A stretch of 64,000 nt of DNA from an uncultured Verrucomicrobiae bacterium (GCA_963837955.1 CAWIPH010000002.1:3712001-3776000), one strand, 5' to 3'. Shown: positions 1 to 10,157, counted from the stretch's first letter. A program made the numbers and translations. Notes: generated from the letters alone by a model not told the origin.

Positions 1-138
1 GACCATAGAAAACGCCGCGTAATTTCGGCGGCACGTCTAACTTCGGAAACGGCCGTTTCTTTGTTATTGAGAAACGTCCACTACGGCTAACTGGCTAAGG
101 AGTTGGGTGTCCTTTGGCGATTTCTCGACCTGCACGCT

Positions 139-440
139 TGGTCAAGGCGGGCACCCGACATTTGCCATACGCAAAAAGCGCCAGCAACACTTTCAGAAGG
201 GTATTGGAGAAACTTGTCGATGCGGGCGAGAACCATAGCTCCCGAAAAACTAAAACTATGCTTCGGACAACAACCCTTGTTTTAATGACCAATCCTTCTC
301 GCGGGCTCGCGTTCTATTTTCGACCTAGAGACGGCGAGCACTATGACCGCGTTTTCAATCGGCGTCTCCTGACCTGGACTCACTACGAAACCCTCCAGAT
401 CGGTTAGCTCGTTATTTCCGGCTAACTCTTCGTAGCGGTT
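139..440. repeat. 302-bp direct repeat, copy 1 (copy 2 at 12805-13106)
   Basis: Manual alignment gives about 10 mismatches in 302 bp; the near-identical ORFs 114..407 and 12780..13073 lie within the two copies. Confidence 0.95.
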
Positions 441-660
441 AGCTGTGCTCTTGGATAGTCCGGCCTGCTTCAGTTGTTCCGTTTTGCTCGGCGTCTCATC
501 GATGGGATGCCGATCACCTTTGGATTGCTTTGAAACTTCTAGCTCCCTGCTCAACTCCCCGATCTTGATGACCGCACGGAGAGCTTGATTTCGCTAAAGC
601 GGGTCTCAGTGGCTTGTCGTCCCGGATCCGCGCGTAGTATTCGAACTTGCGGCGTTCTCT
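405..660 (-). pseudogene. Frameshifted fragment of a phage-type protein (EIKLRA..IGELSRELE...AGLSKSTANRYEELA)
   Basis: The recognisable motif is split across frames near 575-585. Confidence 0.45.
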
Positions 661-680
661 GCTGAGACCCACGTTCGCGA

Positions 681-962
681 ATGGCAGATTCCTATCTCCT
701 GGCCGAAGAGCCGATTCCAAATCACCAACAGCAGGACTGTCGTCTGATCGTACAGCTCAATGGTCCTGAGGGTGTGGATATTCAAACTCTCCAGATGGAA
801 GCGCTAAACGCCCTCAAAGAAAAGTACGGTAAAAGCCTTACGCTTGGCCCTATTACCGAGGAAGCAGCAGAAGGGTATTTGCGGTCAGTCCCAGGCCCTG
901 ACACCGGTTCCATGGACTTAGATTCGGGCATTTTGTTGTGGCATCTAACGCGGATAAACTAA
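681..962 (+). CDS. Hypothetical protein
   Basis: ATG-started 93-aa ORF with protein-like composition. Confidence 0.5.
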   Translation: MADSYLLAEEPIPNHQQQDCRLIVQLNGPEGVDIQTLQMEALNALKEKYGKSLTLGPITEEAAEGYLRSVPGPDTGSMDLDSGILLWHLTRIN

Positions 963-987
963 GCCCTTAGCCTCGCAAATAGTCGCT

Positions 988-1239
988 GTGGTCTTCGGCG
1001 ACCTGTTTCACCAGAGGCTCCGGATCACGCGCGAGCAAGCCGACAAGCTGGCGTTATCAAACCAACAGCGCCGCGGCGAGCTCTTCGAGGCGGACGCTAT
1101 CTATCGAGCGTTCGAGGCGTTGTTCGTCGCCATGCGGAAGACAATCAAAGCGTCAAAGCTAAGCGACGACGAGAAAGCGGATACTCTACGAGATCTTGAC
1201 GGAGCAGATAAAATCCGCATTGCGCTAAAGCCTGAATAG
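988..1239 (+). pseudogene. Nu1/TerS-like C-terminal fragment lacking the N-terminal HTH
   Basis: QRLRITREQADKLALSNQQRRGEL resembles the lambda Nu1 coiled-coil segment (ERHRLTRAQADAQELKN, recalled). Confidence 0.55.
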
Positions 1240-1270
1240 CGGCAACTATACTTTGCGCCCCGTGGGCATT

Positions 1271-1654
1271 TTATCCCGGCGGCTTGCGTGCCTTCCGCGC
1301 CTTCGCGGAAGCACCAAATATCCAGAGAGCGATAGCGATCAAAAAGCAAGCCACAGAAGCCACTGCCGTGCTCGGATTTTCCTCAGCCCACCTTCCAACA
1401 AGCTCGGTCAGATTCTGGAAAAAATTACTGATAGCGTCGTTTCCCCAAAAACGTTGGAGTCCGCGGTACGGCTCTGTGTTGTCCTCGTTTTGGAAAGTTA
1501 GCGACGACGTGGGAGATGGTGACCCAGGGCTTCCGGGGACTGATTGCTTGGTAATCGGACCTGCGAACGCGAGTACGAGCGAAAGGATGGCCACGGGCAA
1601 AGATAAGATCTGGCTGTAGTTAGCGAATAGCTGAACTCTCTCCTTATGCTCCAT
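1271..1654 (-). CDS. Small two-TM membrane protein
   Basis: ATG start and two hydrophobic segments. Confidence 0.6.
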   Translation of the reverse strand: MEHKERVQLFANYSQILSLPVAILSLVLAFAGPITKQSVPGSPGSPSPTSSLTFQNEDNTEPYRGLQRFWGNDAISNFFQNLTELVGRWAEENPSTAVASVACFLIAIALWIFGASAKARKARKPPG

Positions 1655-1928
1655 AACCGACGCCGATCCTATGAATTCTCCTCGACTCGGGCAAGACCCG
1701 TCAGCCGCGGAATTGCCAAAGCTTCAATGGGGAATGCAAATCGTTGTAGCAAGTCGAGCGCGCGAATTTCTCTCACTTCTACCTTCTAGATTCAAGATTC
1801 TAGCTTCCGTATTCATCCTCTCTGGCCAAACGGGTTCAGCCAAATGCTGGACTCGACGTTCGCGAAGCGACACTCCCTACCGATTCCGGGCTCCTGATCC
1901 CAATAGCGATTGGGACAGTCGCCACTAC

Positions 1929-1973
1929 CTGGGCCCAGTAGGATTCGAACCTACGACCAAGGGATTATGAGTC
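1929..1973 (-). repeat. Distal att core (duplicated 3' half of the tRNA)
   Basis: CTGGGCCCAGTAGGATTCGAACCTACGACCAAGGGATTATGAGTC is identical to 22613-22657. Confidence 0.97.
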
Positions 1974-2098
1974 TTAAAACAGTTTTTTTCGCTGTTTTTC
2001 ATCTTCTTTCACAGCGTTACAAGTAGCTAGGGTTGAACGGGTTGTTTCTATTCAGTCCTTTCACGGTCTTTCGCACTTTTACATAAAAAAAGTGATTT

Positions 2099-2122
2099 GG
2101 TGTAGAAGAAGGTGTAGAAGAA
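2099..2122. promoter_or_regulatory. Putative integrase arm-type sites, 2x GGTGTAGAAGAA
   Basis: The same tandem pair occurs inside the other end at 22572-22596. Confidence 0.75.
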
Positions 2123-2145
2123 ACCCTTTAAAATAAAGGGCCTTC

Positions 2146-2733
2146 ATGTCGGACCAACTTGACCTCGAAAGATGCCCGCATTGCGAAATAGCTCGCCCCC
2201 TTCTGCTTCAAGTCTGGTGGAATCATCCGGCAAATGTGCGTTGCGACGGCCACTGGAAGCTCTTCCATTGTTCCAGCTGCAAGAAGATCGTGATGACGTA
2301 TTCGGTGAACCATCTCCTTTCTCCAGATGAGATTTGGCCAAATTTCTTATCCGTATCAACGGAGATTCCATCCAGGGCGCGGAAAGCTCTTATCGATGCT
2401 ATTCACACTAAGACGATTGCTCCAAGTCCCAGCATCCTAGCTGCGGCCAGGTCGGTCGGGTTCATGCTCGAGGCCAAAGGTATAAAAGCCGATTCCCTGT
2501 TCAAGCAGATTAAGGCTGCCGCCGACCAACACATCATAATTCCCGAAATGGTCGATTGGGCGCACGAGATCCGCTTGGCTGCGAATGACGAGCGGCACCC
2601 TGACGAAGACGATGCTTCCGCAGAGGATGCGGCGGCCTGCGTCGACTTTGCCTTAGCACTCGGCGAAGCGCTCTTCGTGTTGCCCGCCCGAGTTACTCGC
2701 GGCCGAAAACGAGCTCGCCACGACAAGCCCTAG
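2146..2733 (+). CDS. DUF4145 (HEPN-like) protein with N-terminal Zn ribbon
   Basis: Two CxxC pairs; WAHEIRLAANDERH motif. Confidence 0.85.
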   Translation: MSDQLDLERCPHCEIARPLLLQVWWNHPANVRCDGHWKLFHCSSCKKIVMTYSVNHLLSPDEIWPNFLSVSTEIPSRARKALIDAIHTKTIAPSPSILAAARSVGFMLEAKGIKADSLFKQIKAAADQHIIIPEMVDWAHEIRLAANDERHPDEDDASAEDAAACVDFALALGEALFVLPARVTRGRKRARHDKP

Positions 2734-2848
2734 GCAGTTCGCAAAGTGCATGACACATGATAACGTGACGCACAGTAGTATATTACACGTTTAATACGTG
2801 TTATTTATATGCTGCATTCGCGAGCTGATGGTATAAAAACGCCGTTCC

Positions 2849-3313
2849 ATGAACCCATCACATCTGGAGCGGGTCTACGCGGTCGTCCCGCCGGCGATCG
2901 CCGAACGCATCCACGAACACTTTGGGGAACTTGATGGCAACGGCTGCGTTCCGCCCGCCTATTTCAAAAAGTTCTGGCACCGATTCGAGAAGGACGCCGA
3001 CTTCTACGCCCGCATGATTGACCAGGCGCGAGCGCTGGAGCTCGTCGTCTTTGATGCTGATTCTCCGAGCTGGGGAGTTTGGCCGGAGGACCTCGAAGAG
3101 TGTGCGGGCCTCGGTATCATCCTTGGCATCTTCCTGGAAGTCTATATCGAAGCGGCGTTGCCCGAGATGTCCGAGGATGTCCTGGCGCGGGCTGAAGCCA
3201 TCTCCCGCGCCGAATCGAAGAGCCTCGAAGATGTGCTCATCGATTGGTTGATCGAAGGGAAGGCCAACGCGGTATCGGATTCCGCGGATTGGTGGAAAGG
3301 AGACCAGGCGTGA
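2849..3313 (+). CDS. Hypothetical protein, possible C-terminal RHH-like segment
   Basis: Acidic 154-aa ORF with a GTGA overlap to the next ORF. Confidence 0.6.
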   Translation: MNPSHLERVYAVVPPAIAERIHEHFGELDGNGCVPPAYFKKFWHRFEKDADFYARMIDQARALELVVFDADSPSWGVWPEDLEECAGLGIILGIFLEVYIEAALPEMSEDVLARAEAISRAESKSLEDVLIDWLIEGKANAVSDSADWWKGDQA

Positions 3314-3630
3314 AACTCTTTCAAAAGCCGAATGGGAATTGGTACGCAAGTTCTAAGGATGAGAAGGGCCGTGTCCGCTATGTTTCGCTAAGGACCAAAG
3401 ACCGGCAGATCGCCGAACAGATCGCCCAGGAGATCGTGCCGCAAAGCCTGGCGCATGTCCGCGAACCGATTGAGCGAGAAATCGAGCGCTATCTTAGGGA
3501 TTACCAAGAGCTGCGGAGCAAAAATTACGCCTCCACCAACAGCTGTGTTTTGAAGTCGTGGGCAGCCGATATGCTGGAAATGGGGTGTTCGTGTTTGCAA
3601 GAAGTCAGCACCAAAAAGCTAGGTCGGTAA
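3310..3630 (+). pseudogene. Truncated tyrosine integrase, N-terminal arm-binding/core-binding part only
   Basis: KLFQKPNGNWY...SLRTKDRQIA pattern; the ORF stops before any catalytic domain. Confidence 0.6.
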
Positions 3631-3776
3631 AGGTCTCGACCGCGCTGCACAAGGCTCAAAGTGCCTTTTGCCGCCGCAAAGGCTACTGGATGATGCCGCC
3701 CGAGCAACGGCAAGTATCGCTCAAGCAAACAGCGGCTTAGCCGATACACAGGAAGGAAGTTAACCCCACCCCAATC

Positions 3777-4559
3777 ATGCCTTTTGCAATCCAGATTAAC
3801 AGATCGCTCGTCGTTGCTTTAGCGCTATCAGCCGCAATTGGCCATCATTCGGCTGCCGACAATACGCCGATGGCTAGATGGATCACTCAAGACAGTATCG
3901 CCGGTTACAGCAAGCAAGCTTACGAGAAATTTATCTCGTACGCTGTCGACAACGATTCGAGCGCCACTGCGGAGCTCGTTACGAGCGGTGAGGCTACTCT
4001 ACTAAAAAAAGGCACAAAAGTGTTTCTGGTTAACTATGGCTTTATGGGCCCGTCACAAATCAGGTTAGCTGGGCACACGCAGGAACTTTGGATAGCGGAT
4101 GACTTTCTATCGAAAACTTCAGTTCAATCCGCTGAAGAAGCACTGAACGACGCACCGGAAAACACTGAAAAAGGGATCAAGCAGCAAGCCCTGAGCGGTT
4201 ACCTTGCTCCCGTCAAATTGGCGTTGTATCGACCGCTTTCGGCTTGGCAAAAACTCTATTCGGCCAAAGGCCAAGCCACCATACTCAATGATCATGCCTA
4301 TAATTTCCCAGCCGGGAAATTTATTGTGACGGTTGTCTTTGACGGCGAGAGCAACCTGGCAACAGGCGTAACTGTTTCGGTTAAGGATGAGAACGACGGT
4401 ATCAATTTGGCCGATTCGAAGAGAATCTGCGCTTCGATCGGTTTGACCAGCGTGCAAAAAGACAACGATGGCTCCGGCTTCTATCAGTGGGGTAAGGAAT
4501 CGGATCCGCTCTCCGCTTGGCTCAGCCCCGGTGATACCCTCAACATCGAAACTAAGTAA
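3777..4559 (+). CDS. Exported protein, possible SH3-like N-terminal domain
   Basis: Signal peptide; KKGTKVFLV...ELWI segment. Confidence 0.75.
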   Translation: MPFAIQINRSLVVALALSAAIGHHSAADNTPMARWITQDSIAGYSKQAYEKFISYAVDNDSSATAELVTSGEATLLKKGTKVFLVNYGFMGPSQIRLAGHTQELWIADDFLSKTSVQSAEEALNDAPENTEKGIKQQALSGYLAPVKLALYRPLSAWQKLYSAKGQATILNDHAYNFPAGKFIVTVVFDGESNLATGVTVSVKDENDGINLADSKRICASIGLTSVQKDNDGSGFYQWGKESDPLSAWLSPGDTLNIETK

Positions 4560-4573
4560 AAAGTATTTCCAAA

Positions 4574-4831
4574 GTGGGTTTTCGCTTTCGCAAACGGATC
4601 CGCCTTGCCAAAGGCGTCTATTGGAATGTCGGCAAGAAAGGTTCTTCGCTCTCGATCGGTGGCCGTGGCGCCACTATGAACGTCTCAAAAAAGGGCGTCC
4701 GGGAAACGTTTTCGCTTCCCGGAACCGGCATCAGTTACCAAACCAAGCGCGTAGGGGCAAGCGGGTGTCTCTTGTTGGTGTTAGCATTGCCGACGGCGCT
4801 GCTATTGCTTGGGATCCTCAGCCATTCTTAA
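4574..4831 (+). CDS. DUF4236 domain protein
   Basis: MGFRFRKRI...SLPGTGISY signature plus C-terminal TM. Confidence 0.9.
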   Translation: MGFRFRKRIRLAKGVYWNVGKKGSSLSIGGRGATMNVSKKGVRETFSLPGTGISYQTKRVGASGCLLLVLALPTALLLLGILSHS

Positions 4832-4969
4832 AAAATTCTTCAAGAGCGTTCCGGATACGAACCGAAGAACCTTGATCAGCTAAGCTCGGAATTCTGAGAT
4901 TTCATAAGATTTCGCTTAACTGAGATCTGCTTTATCCGCTAGTCTGATTTGGGCGGTGTTCTAGAATCT

Positions 4970-5653
4970 ATGGATCAAAACCCTTTTCTCCAAGATCAAG
5001 TGCAACAGAGCTTTGTCGATAATCCGGAGCCTCGATGTCCTTCGCTCTTGATTCTGGACGTTTCCGGCTCGATGAGTGGCACGCCAATTCGACAGCTCCA
5101 GACCGGCGTTGAGGTGTATCGGGATTCGCTTTTTTCCGACGCCTTAGCTCGCAAAAGAGTTGAGATAGCGATTTTGAGTTTTGGCGGACGGGTCGAATTG
5201 CTAAACGCATTTTGCACGGTCGATAACTTTGTAACTCCGGCGCTAGAGGCCTCCGGTGACACACCGATGGGACAAGCAGTAGTCGAAGGCTTGGACCTGC
5301 TGAACTCCCAAAAAGCAGTTTACAAGCAACATGGAATTTCTTACTTCCGCCCGTGGGTATTCCTTATAACTGACGGCGGACCGACCGATGTGCAGAGTCA
5401 CTTTTGGACAGAGGCGAAGCAACGAGTTCGGGACGGAGAAGCTGCTCGTTCATTTTCTTTTTTTGCGGTTGGCGTCGAAGGGGCTGATATGAATCGCCTG
5501 TCGGAACTTTGCGTCCGTGAACCGCTTAAATTGCAGGGGTTAGAATTCCGCAAAATGTTTGAATGGTTATCTGCCTCCCAACAGGCAGTATCTCGTTCGA
5601 CCGTGGGCGAAGCAGTTAAGTTAGACTCTCCGGCAGGTTGGGCCGAAATCTAA
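4970..5653 (+). CDS. terY: TerY-like vWA domain protein (TerY-P triad)
   Basis: LILDVSGSM MIDAS motif, TPMG, YFRPWVFLITDG, C-terminal GWAEI. Confidence 0.93.
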   Translation: MDQNPFLQDQVQQSFVDNPEPRCPSLLILDVSGSMSGTPIRQLQTGVEVYRDSLFSDALARKRVEIAILSFGGRVELLNAFCTVDNFVTPALEASGDTPMGQAVVEGLDLLNSQKAVYKQHGISYFRPWVFLITDGGPTDVQSHFWTEAKQRVRDGEAARSFSFFAVGVEGADMNRLSELCVREPLKLQGLEFRKMFEWLSASQQAVSRSTVGEAVKLDSPAGWAEI

Positions 5654-5669
5654 CATCAGCACGTCGCCA

Positions 5670-6434
5670 ATGTGGAATTTCGTCGGCGCGAAAGTGACCG
5701 GATGCTCGCACGTCAGATCGAGCACGCCGTGCCAAGACGCATTTGCTCATCGTTTGGCTACAAACGAAACTATGATGATTGCTATTTCGGACGGCGCAGG
5801 CAGTTCTGCGCGCTCGGATATTGGGGCTGAGGCCGCAGTTCAGGCGGCATTAGACACAATTCAAGAGGAGTTGGAATATGGTGAAGAGCTTAACTACGAC
5901 TCCGGTCTGGCAATTTGCGACTCCGCAAGAACCCGACTCTTTGAAATCTCCAAAGGCCGAGGAATTCCAATCCGAGACCTTGCTTGCACATTATTGTTCG
6001 CCGTGTTTTCCGAACGAGAGGCATTTTTTGGCCAGTTGGGTGATGGCGCATGGTTGGTGACCTCGGGAGCAACTATAGTCCCGGCGACATGGCCATTTCG
6101 TGGTGAGTATGCCAACGAAACATGTTTTCTGACTTCCCCTGATTGGAGTAGCCTGTTTGAATTTCAAAGCGTCAGCGGCCCCATAGATTCGGTTGCTGGA
6201 CTTAGCGATGGAATTCAAGGTCTCGTCTTGCATTATCAAAGCCGGACCGTTTTCGAGCCGTTCTTCGATCCGCTTCTAAACGTGCTGCGCTATTCTCTTT
6301 CGCCCGAGAAGCTCACCGTTCCCCTCCAAGATTTTCTATCAACAGAGGAGATCAGAAATCGAACCGACGATGACAGAACGCTGGTGCTGGCCTCAAGACG
6401 AAGATTTCGCTTGCTGCAGAATGGAACTGTTTGA
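5670..6434 (+). CDS. PP2C-like phosphatase (TerY-P triad)
   Basis: PCQDA, SDGAGS, GDG, GEYANET, SDG and TDDD motifs. Confidence 0.93.
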   Translation: MWNFVGAKVTGCSHVRSSTPCQDAFAHRLATNETMMIAISDGAGSSARSDIGAEAAVQAALDTIQEELEYGEELNYDSGLAICDSARTRLFEISKGRGIPIRDLACTLLFAVFSEREAFFGQLGDGAWLVTSGATIVPATWPFRGEYANETCFLTSPDWSSLFEFQSVSGPIDSVAGLSDGIQGLVLHYQSRTVFEPFFDPLLNVLRYSLSPEKLTVPLQDFLSTEEIRNRTDDDRTLVLASRRRFRLLQNGTV

Positions 6435-7965
6435 TTCAGCTGATTGTCCGGTGAGACTCGGTCAGCAGATCGGGCGCAGGGGCGGTGAGGGCTGCGTTTA
6501 TGAAGTCAGCTCTGACCAAGGGGTGATCGCAAAGATTTTCCACCAGCGGGCAGATCAAGAAAGAGCGGCCAAACTAGAGCACATGATCGGTCTGAACGCA
6601 TCACGACTCTTTGCATTTGCTGCGTGGCCAAAATCTTTAGTGTTTGACCGCCATCGAAGATTGGTCGGATTTCTGATGCCAAGAGCCTTTCGCCTGGAGA
6701 TTCACGAATTATTCAGTCGAACTCAAAGGACGACGGCCTTTCCGGGCAAGGAATGGAACTTTTCCATCAGGGCTGCGCGAAATTGCAGCGCAGCGTTCGA
6801 CGAAATCCACAAGGTGGGCGCAGTTGTTGGTGACGTAAACGAGGGCAACTTTCTTGTTGGTGAGAATGGAAAGGTCTCACTAATAGATTGTGACTCATAC
6901 CAGCTAACCGCTAACGGGCATACCTGGACTTGCGATGTCGGCGTGCCGATCTGGACCGCACCCGAATTGCAGGGCAAGGACTTTCGAGGTTTACGCCGTA
7001 CCGCGAACACCGATCTGTTCAGCCTCGCGGTACTGATTTTCAAAATCCTATTCATGGGTCGACATCCGTTTGCAGGCGTTACACTGACAAAGTCGGAAAC
7101 GACACTTGAGCAATGCATAGCGGAATTTAGGTTCGCTTTTGCTGAGAGAAGTCAACTTCTTCTGGTCACTCCTCCGCCAGGTGCCTTTCCTTTCAGCATG
7201 CTCGCCCGTCCACTGCGCGAAATGTTTGATCGCGCGTTCCTGCGCGGCTCCGAGCGACAGAATGCACGCCCAACAGCAGGAGAATGGGTGAGGACACTCG
7301 ATTCATTGGAATCATCTTTGGAGCTCTGCAAGCTAGCCAGATCTCACTTGTTTCCAAAGGAATTAACTTCTTGTCCTTGGTGCAAGATCACCATCGAAAC
7401 GGGGGTACACTTTTTTGTGAACGGAGCGACAACTACACCGCAAATATTCCGCATAGACGTAAGCCTTTCGCCTAAAATCGGAACTTTCGCGGCGCTGCCA
7501 TTTCTTTCAGGCAATTTCTCAAACGTCAGGCCCGTTCCGTGTGCTGCCGGTCCACTTCCTGAGCCCATTATATTGAAACGCCTAGAATTCAAAATTGGTC
7601 TGATCCTCTTGTTCCTCTCCATCATTCTTGGAGTCGCAGTTTCCTGGCTACTCGGGATTGGCCTCCTGCTAGTTGCGTGCGGCTTTTTGATCCGAGGGCG
7701 CGTTTTTCACACCTATCGTCCAATCGCACAGGAGCGGCAAAATCGCATGGATGAAACGCGTAAGAAACTCGACTCGGCAATTAACCAGCTTCGCGATACA
7801 GAAAACGATTACCAAAGCGCATTTCAGAAAACGAAAGATGAACTCAGAGCTAAACACGACGAGATAGAGAGATTGGAAAATTGCAGGAAAGATGAAATTC
7901 GGAAACTTGAAGCGAGCAAACGCCAGCTACTTCGCAATGCACATCTACAGTTTCTTGCTCACTAA
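6421..7965 (+). CDS. TerY-P Ser/Thr kinase (YegI-like), frameshifted before its C-terminal HhH domain
   Basis: GGEG, AK, GDVNEGN, LIDCDS, APE, CPWC, TM pair and coiled coil; premature stop at 7963-7965. Confidence 0.9.
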   Translation: MELFDSADCPVRLGQQIGRRGGEGCVYEVSSDQGVIAKIFHQRADQERAAKLEHMIGLNASRLFAFAAWPKSLVFDRHRRLVGFLMPRAFRLEIHELFSRTQRTTAFPGKEWNFSIRAARNCSAAFDEIHKVGAVVGDVNEGNFLVGENGKVSLIDCDSYQLTANGHTWTCDVGVPIWTAPELQGKDFRGLRRTANTDLFSLAVLIFKILFMGRHPFAGVTLTKSETTLEQCIAEFRFAFAERSQLLLVTPPPGAFPFSMLARPLREMFDRAFLRGSERQNARPTAGEWVRTLDSLESSLELCKLARSHLFPKELTSCPWCKITIETGVHFFVNGATTTPQIFRIDVSLSPKIGTFAALPFLSGNFSNVRPVPCAAGPLPEPIILKRLEFKIGLILLFLSIILGVAVSWLLGIGLLLVACGFLIRGRVFHTYRPIAQERQNRMDETRKKLDSAINQLRDTENDYQSAFQKTKDELRAKHDEIERLENCRKDEIRKLEASKRQLLRNAHLQFLAH

Positions 7966-8356
7966 TGCCGATATATCTGGAATCGGCCAAAAACGTCTTG
8001 GCTCATTGCTTTCCTACGGCATCGAATCCGCACTCGACGTGACTGAGAGCCATAGAGTTCCGGGCATCGGAGAGGGCTTTTATGCTAAGCTCATGACTTG
8101 GCGCCGCCAATGCGAACTGCGCTTTAAATTCGATCCTTCAAAAGCAGTTCCACCAGCGGAAGTACAACGCATAAATCTCAAAGTTTCGCAACTTCAGTCT
8201 GGATTGGAAACTCAACTGAAAGCCGGACTAGAGCGGCTGCATAGGTTAAATCAGCTGTGCTCAGCGCGGGTCCAGTCGATCGACGTGGGAATTAAGAGTT
8301 TTCTGGTTCAGTTTTCTCAGTCAAAGGCAGACTTCGAGGCGACACCCAAAGACTAG
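7949..8356 (+). pseudogene. Out-of-frame C-terminal helix-hairpin-helix part of the kinase
   Basis: ISGIGQKR...SYGIESALD...VPGIG in the +1 frame relative to the kinase. Confidence 0.8.
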
Positions 8357-8374
8357 AGACTTAACATCAGAAGA

Positions 8375-8844
8375 ATGGGTATGAGAGATTCGCTCCGAAT
8401 TGTTTTACTGTGTTCAGGTTCGGCCTGTATCGCTCTTTGGTTAGTTTCTCGACTCACTACTATTCTGCCAACTCACAACACTTACTCCGCGCCAGCGTCG
8501 GTTTCGATCGCGGAATTTAGTGCTACTCCCCCGTTACTCCACCGCAGGCTTCCGCAACAATTACTCCTTCTGCACAGCTTAAAAATATCCAGCCTGCTTC
8601 TGTCACGCCGAAATCTTCCGCACCTCGTGCCGTTCCTGCTTATGTTATTCTCCGAACGCCGGTCTTCTTTAGGGCGGAGAACTCTAAGGGATCAGCCGAG
8701 GTCGTAGCAATACCAGTCGGAACTAAGGTTAGGGTCGTCAAGGTCGACGGTTCACGATTGCAGATAGAGAGGGACGGAAAATACAAATACATTCCTATCA
8801 GTGATACTGACTTCTCTGATCGCTTGGCCGGGAAGGTTCGCTAA
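8375..8844 (+). pseudogene. Membrane-anchored Pro/Thr-linker + SH3-like protein, frameshifted at about 8530
   Basis: The alternative frame after the C5 run (8528-8532) reads PVTPPQASAT...IPVGTKVRVVKVDG...IPISDTDF to TAA at 8844. Confidence 0.7.
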
Positions 8845-8903
8845 ATCCACTCGTTCTGTGACTAAAGACCGACAGCGGCTCGAATGACCTATAGTTGGTC
8901 TGA

Positions 8904-9278
8904 ATGAACCTTTTCTTACGTTGCATTATCCTGATCATTGTTTGCAGCGCGATTCTGTCGAGAGGGGTAATCCACGCCCAGACCGCCATCGTCATTCCAG
9001 CCAACGAAGCAGCAGCGCACGTCGGCGAATATGCGACCGTTGAAGGATTCGTCGCCAAAGTGTTTACTTCCAAGAGCGGAAATACATTCCTGAACATCGG
9101 CGCGGCCTACCCGAACCAAACCTTCACCGGCTGGATACCGCTGGCTTCACCGGTTTCGAAATCGCCAATACTACCCGGTATCGAAGGGAAGCGCGTCAAA
9201 ATTACCGGTCGAATCGAGATGTATAAAGGGAAACCGGAAATTCGGATAAATTCCGCCTCACAGCTCGAGGTCAAATGA
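8904..9278 (+). CDS. Exported OB-fold protein
   Basis: Signal peptide; EAAAHVGEYATVEG, FLNIGAAYPNQTF, YKGKPEI. Confidence 0.85.
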   Translation: MNLFLRCIILIIVCSAILSRGVIHAQTAIVIPANEAAAHVGEYATVEGFVAKVFTSKSGNTFLNIGAAYPNQTFTGWIPLASPVSKSPILPGIEGKRVKITGRIEMYKGKPEIRINSASQLEVK

Positions 9279-9863
9279 GCGCTCTTTTACAATGAAGGCA
9301 TGCTTGCTGGCCTCTCCCACTAAGCGTTGGCAGACCAATCTAGCAGAAAACCCGGTCCCATCTGCCACGATGGCGCGAAACGAAACCTCTTCAAGGTGGA
9401 AGAGGGTAGTTTCCCCGTGGTCGCTGTACCATCGATCGAGGAAGATATCTGCGCGCCCTTCTTTCCCGTTAGTGGAAATCATCAGCTTTACCTCTTCCAC
9501 TCGCTCGCGCTCCCGCATGTGGGCCTTTTTGAATTGGAAGCTTTCGAAATTAGATTTCTTTCTCGTGGTACTTTTCTCGGTCCTCGGTGGTGAGGGGAAA
9601 ACGCGGTTTGCTCATCATCCAATATTAGCTTACCTCCGTGAGGGTCGCGACAGACGCCATTAATTGCCCCGCTCGACCCACCGAATCAGATCCAACCGAA
9701 AAGAGCTCGGCCGCGCGCGGGATGGATTATCCGCAATCGATCAAATGATGATGTTGCTCCACACCCGATACGGTCGCAAGGTAGAAGGCTGTCTGCCACT
9801 CGTCCTCGATTACGCGACGAAGTTCGCACGTCCTTTACTGGAAAAATCGATACGGTCGATTAC

Positions 9864-10157
9864 GTGAAGAAGTCTCGCGAGTTGAAAGTTGCCGAAGAGT
9901 ACGCTACCCGGTTGATGATGCCGCATTATCCTCTTACTGCTGCTAAAAGCATTGCACGAAGCCTCGTCGAGATGTATCCAACACATGCATTTGTTATCGA
10001 CAGGGACGAGGCTGGCGCTGTCCGCTCAGGTACGGGATACGGGCTCGGCTTAAAGCTTGGTAGAGTCAGTGACAAGGCAGAGGCGATCATGCGAAAATTG
10101 GTTCCGTATTTGGACTCGCTCACGGTCATCGGAAGAATTAAGGAACACCCCCCATGA
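9864..10157 (+). CDS. Hypothetical protein
   Basis: 4-bp overlaps with both neighbouring ORFs. Confidence 0.45.
   Translation: MKKSRELKVAEEYATRLMMPHYPLTAAKSIARSLVEMYPTHAFVIDRDEAGAVRSGTGYGLGLKLGRVSDKAEAIMRKLVPYLDSLTVIGRIKEHPP

Noticed and set aside
1929..1973. Second tRNA gene
   Set aside because: Only the 3' half is present; it is the att duplication. ORF 1671..1970 ending GPVGFEPTTKGL is a tRNA shadow.
4874..4927. Integron attC site upstream of terY
   Set aside because: Only an imperfect inverted repeat without proper RYYYAAC/GTTRRRY ends, and no integron integrase is present.
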